From positions 32,001 through 96,000 of IMG/VR virus record IMGVR_UViG_3300028048_000065: 64,000 nt of DNA; one strand, written 5' to 3'. Below are positions 50,073 through 62,200 of the stretch, piece after piece. The position numbers were made by a program, and so were the translations under genes. Below the pieces are notes generated by a model. The model was not told the origin of the DNA, ran no database searches, and saw only the letters and a list, made by a program, of their open reading frames with translations. Origin of the DNA: a virus. Taxonomy: Duplodnaviria; Caudoviricetes. Positions within the stretch are counted from its first letter, which is position 1; each line of letters begins with the position of its first letter.

Positions 50073-53000
50073 GACTTACGACCTCCTTTCTGGTCTCAAT
50101 TCTAATATCGCACGTTACTGTACTGTTGTTGTTTTCACGAATCACTTTTAAAACAATCAAAAACCAACGGTCATTAAAAGCCTTTGTGTTTAGTTCATTT
50201 ATCAAATGAGAATCAATATATAACAAATCACTATTAGGATTTTCCGTTTCATCATACCAAAGAATTTCCCCATTTTCTCCTTGTGCAACAGTAGGAACAT
50301 CCAAACTTTCATAAGTTGCGCCATCAACTTGAGAAATATTTTCAAGGAAATAATAATCTTCGGCTTGAAGTTCCCACTCCTCAGTAATAGTATTGTATTT
50401 ATAAATACCTCCACTTAAATATTTACCTGTAGTTGCAGTAAGCAAATATTTCTTCGCAGCAATTTCAGGAGTAATACTGGGAGGTAATGCTGAAACAATT
50501 TGAATATTTGTCTGACTTTGCAAAGCGTTCTTAATCGCTGTAGGACTAAAGAAATAACCCGTAGTACCATCAAAACGTTTATCCTCAGTCTAAATATTAA
50601 ACGAATTTGCCGTACCATTTTTAAAGCACATTAAGGGTTCGGTTTCATCATTCTTATATACTTTAATTAAATACTGGTCTGGATTCGGGACAATCTTTCC
50701 TGTGCTATCCATATAGAAAGATTCTGTGCTACCACATTTTAAAGTATAGGTATCAATAATCTCTTCTGTAGCAGGAGTGTCACCAATCGCCTCTTGACCA
50801 TATTGTGCTGTATGCGCAATCTAAAATACAATTTGATTCCGTGGAGTAGGTGTAAGCTCGTTAAATCTTGGCGTAAGTTGTAATCTTGTTAAGAAAACAA
50901 AACTCGGCGGAAAAACAAGAGGATTTCCATTACTTACCAACCTGTCATAACACAGGCACTCTCCATCCCCAATTTTCAAAATAGCTTTGGAAGGTAAATC
51001 ATCACCAAAAATATAAATATTGCTTTCATCAACAGCTTTTAATCCATTCTTTTCAACAGGTGCAGTGTAAACAGGCGCGTTTACATAAAGAGTAATTGCA
51101 CCTTCTTTACAATCAAAAGTCGTTGCTAATGGAGTTACATTTTGGTCTATTTGATACCAAATTGTAAAATTTGCTGTTTGAATAAATTCATCTCCATATT
51201 GGTCGGTAATATCAATCTGAATTGTATACTTATTAGGCAATTCTACATCATCTGAAGTTTGCAATCCTCTAAAAGACCATTCTAACAAGCTGTCATAAAT
51301 ATCTTCACTTTGAGCAACAACATTACCCAGAGAATCATATAAAGTATACTTATAATATTTTACCTGAACATTTTCAGGAGAATCCCAATCTGTCTTAAAA
51401 TGTACATCTCTCCAAGGTTGAGTGCCTGAAGTAGTTGAAGCATAATTTGAAGCTTGAGCATTCTCAACTCCTGTTAATTCAGTATAAACTTGCGTATCAG
51501 CATTATAAGTATAAAGTTTATAAGTGTAAAATTCTACTTCGTCTTCATAGAACAAATCAAAAGAATTTGCACATTTTACATAACCAATCGCGTTGTCATA
51601 AGAAATAATCTTATTCTTTTCTGCAACTGATTGTCCCTCAGTATTAAACAATTCAATATAAACATTTTTATGTTGTTTAATCAAAGTATCAATTTGCGCA
51701 TCGGGCGTAATATACAAAACGTCATTTGCTTGATTGTTCAAATTATTATAGAAAATAGTTAGATTAGGCTTCGTTCTTGCGTAAAAAATTGCATTTGGCA
51801 TAGAATCCATAAAATCTGTATAAACAGTATATGGCGTCTTAGGAGCAATAGGAATTGTACCTTGTTCAATAATACCATCTTTTACTTCAATAAGCCATTG
51901 GGTATTATCCAACTTGTCAAATGTAATATCAGTAGTTCTCCGAGGAACAACTGTATCGGAAGTTTTTTCATATAAATCAATCCTTGCACCTGTTTTATCA
52001 AAAACAATTTCAGCAGGATTAAACTTGTCAGACCCAATATTAATGTTGGGCTGAATAAAATATTGTGCCGTCACCCCTTCTGACGCATTACGATTCGAAA
52101 TTAATTTGCCACTTGCAAGAGGACTACCACCCAAAATATTGTTAGGAGAAGGCACAACAACTTCTTCATAAGTATCTTTTACAGTGTCTTTCTTAAATAA
52201 TTTATAAGTCCAACCATTTTGAGGAACTTCGGGAAGAGCTTCTTGAAGTCTAATTTCCCCTGTTTCTTCGCCATAACCAATAATTTTATATTTTACAGCC
52301 GTTGCTCCATTAATTGAAGTTCCGTCTGATTTATAAATTTCAACCCATCTTGCTCTTTCAAGGTCATCATTTGGATTCACATAAAAAGAGGTTAAAGTAT
52401 GTTGGTCATCACATTGATATACATCAAAAGTTGTTCCATCTTTATAACTGTATGTAAACAGGTCATCAAATTCAATCTTAGTATAATTTTTATTCCAGCC
52501 AAGTTCATTTTCGACCCAATAAATTTTCTTTCTTTCCTTAAAAGTTTTGTCAGTAGGAATAACAAGTTGTTCTGTATTTGGGTCTGGTAAAGGCATAAAA
52601 TTACTATTACCAGAACTATCATAACCCTTAATTTCAATATACTTGTCATATATCAAGGCATTATTAATAGCAGAATTTTCAACATAAGAAGTCCAAATTA
52701 CAGATTTAGTAGAACCCACAAGAAAACCTTGACAAACCGTTGTTTGAGGTTGTGCAGTAGAACCACGTTTGGCTTCATAAGTTCTAATATTCCATTGATA
52801 GTCTTTACCATTTACAACATTATTTAAAGTACAGATTTCGCTTGTTAAATCAAAATTAACTATGCCTTTATTAACAACTGGCTTCTTTAAGTTCGGAGGA
52901 AGATTCGTTGAAGAATATCCGTTGTCTGAATCATAAAGAACATCATTTCCATCACCAGTAATTATTTTTACTCTACAAGCTTTTACTGTTGTCCCCGTAG

Positions 53001-53085
53001 TATTAACCTAAGCTGATAAAACATTATTTTCTGTAACGTCTATCTCAGTTAGGTTCGGATTCAAATTACTCGATTTATAGAGCAT
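50062..53085 (-). CDS. Large beta-rich tail protein, 1007 aa (3 TAGs)
   Basis: Joins ORFs 50821-52719 and 50062-50523; AAGGAG RBS before ATG 53085. Confidence 0.7.
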
Positions 53086-53117
53086 TTCTTTTAATCAACT
53101 CCTTTACAAAAATTAAT

Positions 53118-53158
53118 AGGAAGAGGAAGAGGCGAGTTGAATCCTCAACCTCTTCCTT
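53118..53158 (-). terminator. Terminator-like hairpin after the tape measure gene
   Basis: AGGAAGAGG/CCTCTTCCT stem with a downstream T-rich tract. Confidence 0.4.
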
Positions 53159-53223
53159 TATTGTTAGGTTTTGCTATTATTTACAAAGTATGCACAAATG
53201 TTTACTTTCTTATTTAATGTTTA

Positions 53224-56200
53224 TTAGCGCTTATTCTTTGTTACATTGTAACGATTATGAGTTGCGGCCATTACCTGATTCCAGAATTGCGCTGGGTCGT
53301 CACAATTTTCGAGCACTACATCACCCTGAATTATATAGGAAACTCCCATGTCTTGACTTAAAGTGGAAGTGTATTCAGGTAATTTGGTTGTTGCCAAATT
53401 GCGTAAGAGATTATAAGCTTGGTCAGAATTAAGAACATATTCATGTTTAGAAGGTGTTCCATGAAGCATGGAAAGACCTGTATATGTAACAGGACCATTT
53501 TCAATGCCGTCTGCATAACCTTTTTGAGCCTTATCGAGTTCCTTCTTCTGATTTTGAGCCCAAGCTTTTTGACCAGCAGAGCCATTTTTGATAAGATTGT
53601 CAAGGTATTTAGACTCATTATTATAATCTGTTTTGGAGTTGTAAGGACTGCTGGAAGAGGACTTTTTGCTTCCCCCGCCAGAAGAGCTTCCACCACCCCA
53701 AGTAGCGTTGCTCTGCCCATAGGTCTTATTATAAGAAAGTCCCTCATTGTCAATCTTTTCATTGCGAAGACCCTCAAGACTATCTATTCTTGCTTTAGCG
53801 TCAGGTAGAAGTTTTCCATCAGACCCATAATTGCTCTTGTCCCCAAGAATATCATTAATTATAGATTGGTAGTCAGATGCGTAACTATAAGAACCTAAAG
53901 AACCACCCGCTCCTCCTCCAAGAGTTGTAGTCCAACCCCGTGGAATAGGAATATCTCCATGATTATTAAGTCCAAGATATTGAGCGCTATCCATAAGAGC
54001 TAAAGCTTGACGCTGAAGTTCAGCAAGCTAAAGAACTAATGCTGTATATTCTTGTAAGAAATTAGAGAAAATCCCGATATATTCTTTATAGCTTCCCTCA
54101 CAATTAGCGTTAAATTTCGTCATATCATTAAAGATTCTATCGTAAATCTCTTTTTGAAGGTCAGCATTAGACATTGATTGGTCAAGTCCAAACAATTCTG
54201 CTAATAAACGGTCACGTTCTATACGTTGAGCTTCATTATAACGCCAATCTAACGCTTTAAGATAGAGGTCCCATTGTTCTATACGTTCATTAAGATTTGC
54301 AATTTCGGCATCTTTGGTCTTCTCTAAATCATCCAGCCTATCTTGTCTATAGAAGTCATCAATTTCCTTGGCATTTTCTTTGCGTTTATCTCTTGGAGTT
54401 TCATAGGTCCACCCAATACCACTTCTGTAAACTCTCTCCTTCTCTCTCGCTAAGGATTTTTTCGCGGCAAGCAAATCTTCCAATTTAGCTTGTCTCTCTA
54501 ATTCATCGTTTACATCTTGAATTGGTTTTACTTCTTCTTCATAAGCTTTTTCAATAGCATCTATCGCATCTTGAATTTCATCCTTATATTCATTAACCTT
54601 AGAAACAATTGCATCATATTGAGAATCTTTATAATCTTTTTGGTCTTGTAACAAATTGATTTGGGCTTCTCTCAATGCCACAGTAACATCATTAAGTTGG
54701 TCAACCAAATCTTGAACTTGTTCATCAGTCAACATAGAAACATCTTCTAATTGCTCTCTAATTAAAGTAGCTTTTTGTTCAAGATAATTTATGTTAGAGC
54801 TATAATAATTCTCAATTTGGTCATAAGCTCCCCATTCATTAGGCTTACTCTTTTCAAGAAGGTCAAGCTTCTTTTCAAGAATATCAAGCTTATCATTAAG
54901 GACATCAAGAGGAATAGAAGCCAACTCTTGATATGTTTCAAGCCACTGCTTAGTCTTATCACGGATTTCTTGTTCAACTTCCTTAGAACCGCGATATTGT
55001 TTAGCTTCATCAGATTGGTCATAACGAATCCAATTAAGTCTTGCTTCAATGGTATCGAGGTCAGTTTGGAGAGATGTTCTCTTAGCAGCGATAAGAGACT
55101 CGTATGCGCTTGTATCAGGAGTGCCTTTCTCATATTCAAGAGCAACATCGGCAATCTCACGTTGCCATTTTTGAACATCCATTTGGAGTTCAATTTGTTG
55201 CTTAATAAGATTATTTATTTCTTTTCTACGAGAAATTTCCTCTTCAAGAGTATCAGAAGTAGCAAGAAGCTCTCTTTGAGCAGCAATAAGCTGGTCATAA
55301 GACACATCTTGAAGCTATAAAATGTTGATTTTATCTTCTACTCGCTCGTCATCAAGATTCTTTAATTTTACATAAGCTTCCTGATATTTTTGAAGATACC
55401 CAAGCCCTTTTTCTGTTTCCTCATTTGCCAAAGGAGCGTATAGTTTCATTTGACGTTCGTATACTTTCGCAAGTTTATCATATTCTTTTTCGTTGTTAAG
55501 TCCATAATAATTTGCGCCCATATACATATCTTGAGAAGTTGCGCTAATATTTTCTTTAATAGATTTAAAAGCTTGCATTAAATAATACTCTTTGTTGTAA
55601 ATACCTTCAAGTGCGCTTAAAAATTTCTCAAGAGTTTCTGTCGCATCTTTTAAATCTTTCGTATCAGGAGTAAAGAAACCAGCGCCAGCAGTTCCTATAT
55701 CTATACCCTTGTCTATCATTTCTTGAAGGTCATTCATAATAATTTTACGAGCATTTATTCTCTATTGTAAACGTCCTTTATCTTGATTAACAAATCCCTC
55801 ATCAGGGTCCCATTCTCCTAATTGGTCTTGAATATATTTTTGTCTGGCCTGAATATAAGTAGTATCAACTTTATAGCTGGAATCAGTTTGTTCTACCTTA
55901 CCTGCGGCTTCAACTAAAGCATCCTTACTCTTCATCATTTGTTCAGCGCCTTTAGTATCTCCCGCTTTAGCCATATTAACAGCTTGGATTGAAGCATATA
56001 ATTCAGTATATGCCTTAGTTAAATCATTCGTAGAAACAATTTCATTATTATTAGCTTCAATCTTTTCATTGGTTGCTGTACCACTTGTTTTAGAAAGTTC
56101 AAGTTCTTGCCATTCTCTTTCAAGTTGAGCCTTAGTCATTTCATCTTCAGCATTAGCAGCTTCCATATTAGCTTTTAATGCCTCAAGTTGAATACGAGTC

Positions 56201-59200
56201 ATTTCTTGTGTCGCATTTGCTTTTAACTTCAAAGAGCCTGTTGAGGTGTCAAGAAGTTCAATATAATTTTCATTTTCAGCTAACATACTGATAACAGTTT
56301 GAGTGCTTAACTTACCATAAGCATCTTGTTCTTTCTAAGCTGCGCTTAAAGTGTCATAACTATCTTTAACAGCATCTACGACAGTTTTTAATTCAGCCCA
56401 TGTTGCAGCAACTCCCTCTACGCCATCAATATCTCCAAAAGCATCTGAAAGCTTAAACTCAGCAACCTTAGATAAATCTTCTTGAATAGAAGCAAGTTGT
56501 TGCCACGCAGTATCATAAACCGCATCCTGAACAGCTTCTTGCATTTCTTTTACCGAGCCCTCAAACTTTTTAAGTTCCTCAGAACTTGCAACTACTGCAT
56601 TTCTGACATTTTCAGGCAAATCAGAAAATTCTTTCCCTATTTCTTCATTAGAGCCTTCTTTTTTACCGCGAATCACGTCACTGTAATAAGATTTAAGTCT
56701 GTCTTGTAAAGAATCATAAGAATTTTGTTTTTGCTGGGCTCGATTAAAATAACCAACTTCAGAATCATAAGTTCTATCAGCATTAATCATGCGGATAATA
56801 TCTACATCTTCTGTTGTCCTGCCTATCCATCCAGAATTTGCCATTTTTGTAACTTTTCCAAAATCTTCGGATGAAAGTTGATTTAACAAGTTATTTACAC
56901 TTGATGAAACAGTTACATCTTCTCCCAAAGCTCCTTTTACAGCTTCTTGTATTTGTTCTTGAAGAGTTAAAACAACGGCTTTACCAGATTGGGCATCATA
57001 CTTTAATCCTAACGATAATAACAGTTCATTTTCTTCGACTGAAATCATACCGTCAGACATGAATGCTTCTATTAATGCATCTTTAAAACTATCTTTCAGT
57101 GCTACGGCTTCTGAAGCTAAAGTTGCATCATCAGTTCCATAGTAAACATCTGCAATTACAGGGTGTTCTTCAAGCAACTTAGTCATAGCATCTGTGACTT
57201 TTAAAACTTGTTCTTTATATCCTTCTTCATTAATTGTCCCCTAAGACAACCTTCTATTAATTGTTGCCTGAGAAGATTGAACCAAAGCGCTAACCATATT
57301 GTTTTCATCAGTCGCAAGAGAACTCATCCTATCAGAAAGACCAGTATATTGAGCATATTCTGCAATATAATCCGCAGAAGAAACAAGTTGTGAATTATAA
57401 TCACTTAATTGCTAATTCAACCGCTTTATTTGTTTCTACTGAGTTTCAAGCTCGTCTTTCCAAGCATTTATATTTTTTCTTTGTTCCTCATAGCCAGCTT
57501 CTTCAGGAGACATCGTGCTTAATGTTTGTTCAGCCCCGAAAATTTGACCTTGTAACTTTATCTCATTTGTTCTTGCTTTCTTGTATTCCTCAATAGTAGA
57601 TTCCAAATCCACTCCAAAAGGAGAAACACTAAAACCAGTAAATATTTTATGCAACGCCGCACTAATTCCATCTGGATTTTTAAAGAGAGCAACATTTGCT
57701 GCTTTCTCGGCGCTATCAGTTAAATCGTTTATAGCTTCTGTTACTTTGCTAACTCGTCCCTCAATGCCTTCTGGACCAACCAATTTGTTTCCAAATTCAT
57801 CCGTTCTAACAACTAATTCAGGAAAAACTTCAGCAATATCATTACTTAATTCAAGAAATTTGTCATACTCCTCAGAAGTTAAAGAAACATTGCGTCCAAG
57901 ATAATCTACTCCATTTGCGAGCTCATCAAATTTAATTGCATTTGCCGAAGCACTTTGAGCCGAATCATAAAGTTCAGTAGCTTTTTTAAATTCCTCTTGA
58001 GCTTTTTCCGTCGCTGCTTTCAAGGAACTTACATAAGCATTATATACAATCGCCGCAAAAAGTACCGCTGCATCAGTTACTAATTGAGGACTTGCCAATG
58101 CACTCCAAAAAGCTTTAGAACTATGTTTAGCTGAATTAGCAAATTCTCGATTAAAAGCTTCTGATGCTGTTAATCCTTCTTTTGCATAATCCCATCCTAA
58201 TGCTTCTGACATAGACATACCACTGTTAAGCTTTCCAATAGTGGATTCATACCAAGCATTTTGGTTAATAGTTGCCGAAGCTTTATAATTAGATATTCCT
58301 TTACCAATAGAATCTGATAACCTTGTACCAAATTTCCCTCCTACTTGTCCTATTAACATAGCGCCAAGCATAGAGCCTACTAATTGTCCGCCTTCACCAA
58401 AATTCTTACCTATATTTCCACCAGTGGTTGTACCTAAAAGCCCACCTACTATTGTACCCGCTCCTGCCACAAGTGATTGACTATAAGACTGAGTAGAAGA
58501 TTTACTCAAGTTTTTACCTAATGCAGTTTTATATTTTTGTTCTTGTTGAGTAAGTTCTTCTGCCGCAAGTCTTTGTCTTGCTCTGGTTTCAACAAGTTTT
58601 GCCTACTCTGCTGTTAAAGTCTGGTCTTGTGTAATCATTCCCTATTCAACAGCAATCTAATGTTGCATCGAAGACAATCTTTGCTCAGAAACATTCATTG
58701 TTAAAGCATTTAAACTTTCTCTACTAAGTGAAGCAACTGTTTCCTCGGTTATTGTTCCCGTTAAAAGCTCTTTGGCAACGGCTGCTTGCTTATCTTGTGA
58801 CTCGTTTAATAATGCTGACTGTGCGCTTAAGAGATAAGACTAAGTTACTTCTTGCGCTCCCTTAGTTGCTTGACTTAAAGCCGCACCATAACGTTTTTGC
58901 TGAGAAATAATAAAGCTCTCTTCTGCATATTCTTTATATTCATCAAGTTGTTTGCCAAGATATTCTCTCCCCTCGGAAGTATTTATACGTCCAATTCCAT
59001 ACGTTAATTGACCCGCAGAAGAAATAATATCCGAAATTTTTCCATACCAATTACTTGCCACGTTAATTAAAGAATTACTATTCATTATTGCTGCGATAGC
59101 TATTATAGCCAATCCAAATTTATCTAAATTGTAAATTACTTCAGCAATAGTGTTATATAATTTCTTTTGAACACCTTGTAGATTAACGTTAAGAGTTAAT

Positions 59201-62200
59201 TTTTCAGCTGCAACTTGAATTCTCTTTTGAGCCGCTTCAATAGAATTAGTATAAGCTTCCATTTTTTCTACTGCTGTGCCATAAGAATTGGAAGCAATTT
59301 CTTGATATTTAAGAACAGAATCCCAGTTTGAAAGCATGGCAACCAAATTTTCTCTTTGTCTTGTTCCTGCAAGAGAAGCTGCAATACCAGCCTGTTGTAC
59401 TGTAGAATAAGTGTCCCATTTAGAGGCTATTTCATCCAAAACATCATCAAAACTTCTAAATGAACTAACGGTATCACGAAGTTGAATACCCACTGCTCCA
59501 AGAGAAGTTTCAACGTCGTTTAACCGCGCCCAATCTTCCGCATTATAGTTTTCAGACTCAATATCTTCCTGAGCCGCTACAAATTTTCCTGCGGCCACAT
59601 TTTGATACCTTGCATAAAGACTTTTCATAGATTCGCCAATACTGGCCTCGCTCTTTTGTGTTACGTCAATCATTGTAGTAACATAACCAATAAATCTATT
59701 CATCTCCGTTCCTGCAAGCTACGCCGAATTGTTTGCACGGCTCATTGCTTCTGCAATGCCACCCGCGCTTGCCTGTTGTGTTACCTTATATTTTCATATA
59801 AGCACTGACTATATCTTCACCCATTGCTGGGGTACACTACTTCGATTTGTTATCTACGTTTAGTCGATGAGGACGCTTCTCATTAAAAGCTTTCCTGCTG
59901 ATTGACCAATCTTTATAATTTTTAAACCGTCACATTCAGACTTATTTCATTCTCCTGTTGTGGTTTATAAAGCTCTAAGGTGTTTTCAGCATTTCAATGT
60001 ATTTTCCTTATATGTTACCATATTTGCGACCTATTTATTTTAAGCCGCCGCCATGTCTACTGCGTTATGTTTACATTTAGTCGGCTATTCTAAATGCGAT
60101 TTAAATATAAAATTAAATCCACTTCCTTTCGGAACGTGACCAGACTATTTCTTCACCCTTTAATTAAAGGGGCAAACTATTTCGGATAACTTTTAAGCCT
60201 TGTTACCCTACCTTTCTCTCAAAAGATAGTCGTTGAAAGCAACAAATCATTATGCATAACAATTTGTCCACTTGCATGAACATCCATTATTACGAATACT
60301 TAGGATTTAACCTTATATTCATCCTTACGTTTTTTCTACTTTCGTCCCATCACGCTTATCATTACTGATTACGTTGTGGTGTAAGGCTTTAGGATTTACC
60401 TGCTTTTAAGTTTGTGTCCTATGCCGATTACTCGACATACGCTGCATATTGTTACAGTTAATTTATCGACAACTCCCATGACTTCACTGGCTTCGATTTT
60501 CCAGCCCTTCAACACGCTAATCAAATAGCTCGTTGCATCAGCACTTTCAATCATACCAAGCGTACTTAAATACATAGAAGCTTTAGTTAAATCACTTGCT
60601 TCCTTACCTTGATAACCTGCACGAAGCCAATCATTTGCCGCAACAGCGACTTCTTGTGTACTCTTTCCAACTTCTTTAGCAAGATTGTTAAATTCATACA
60701 TCATGTTTTTAACATCACTATAACCCATTCCAGCCGCTATTTGTAAATCTACCATAGCCGCATCAAGGTCTTTTGTATATTGCCAAACTTGTTGTAAAGA
60801 ATTTTTAATATAACCAATTGCTACATAAGCTAAACTATAGTCTGTTAAATTTCTAAGAGAAGCTTTGAAACCATTTGCAATTTGTTGAATTAATCCAACA
60901 CTTTCTTTTTGTCTTAAATTAATTTTTGCAAGTTTTTCTTCTTGGGATGCTTGAGAATTTTCTATCTATTTGTTAAATTGAAGTCTTTCTTGTTCGCTTA
61001 ATTGGGTTCCATCACTAAATTTACCAGTATTACTATCATAGCTAACAGTTTGATTCTTGATAGCTTGCAATCTGGATTGATACATCTCAACTAATTTTTG
61101 TTGCTCTTTGCTACGGGGTCCAACTTGGTCATCCATAGAATTTTGGAGAGTGAGCATATCTCTCTCAATTTTTTGTTGTTCCTTAAGAGATTTTAAATAA
61201 TTTTTCTTTAACGCATCAGCTTGCTTAAGTTGAGCAACTTCCTATTGTTGCTTTGCTTGAGCTGTATCGTAAGCTGTCTGAAGTCCACTTAAGAAATTTT
61301 GAATTAGTTGCGCTGCTTGCTGATTAAAAGGAGTAGGAAGTTCAAGATTGTGTAATTTATCTTGTATCCCAGTTCTATCCGCAGCGTCCACCTAAGCCTG
61401 ATAAGTCTCTTCTAAACTATCCTTTTGAGAATTTAAAACTTGTAGCTCTCTTTCTAAAGTTGCTAAACGGACTTGATTTTCTTCATTATCGCTTCCGATA
61501 AGATTGCTACGCTCTTCCTCTAAAGTTTTAATTTTAAGAGTTACCTCGGCAAATTTCCCGTAAGTTTTTAAGGCTGAACGAAGATTAGATTCAAAATCTT
61601 TCATTTGTCCAATAAGATTATATTGACCTTCATGAACAGCAGTATTATTTTCTTGCTCATTGAACAAGTTGTCTAAATTACGAGGGGCTCTTAGTGCTGG
61701 GTCTACAGAATCATTTCTAAATCTTCTACCATTATAAGGTAAGTTAGACTAATCTCTGGGAGCCTCAACATTAGGAGAACGATTTCCACCTTCTTCAAGT
61801 TCATCTATTCTTTGTTCGTATTCCTTTACTTGTTCTTGAAGAACCTGAATATCTCTACGCAATTCAGAATTGTCATTTCCAGTTGCAACAGAAACAGTTT
61901 CTCCGCCAAAAGTAAAAGGCAATTCACTTTCTTTTGCGGCTTCTCCTTCTACCTTTAAGGCATCAGACAATTTTCCCGCGACTTCTAATTTATCTTTTTC
62001 AGCTTGAACAGCTTTTTGCACAGCTTCAGCATGAGAGTTAAAAGCTTCAGTAGAATCTTTTATAGAAGCAGTTTCGATAGACAATCCATTCGCACCTGAA
62101 ACTGTAGTAGGAGCAGTATTTTTTGGTTCATCTGGAACGTAATATTTTCCACTATCTACCAAAGATTGATAACGATTCATTAACCCAGTTAAAGGGTCTT

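Noticed and set aside
1635-59808. Plus-strand ORFs in the track (e.g. 5179-5883, 26909-27793)
   Set aside because: They are antisense shadows of well-supported minus-strand genes, with no RBS or motifs.
60396-60455. C-terminal tail of ORF 60396-60755 (and similar tails of 34146-35357 and 37101-38426)
   Set aside because: These are read-ins to intron sequence, not real protein ends.
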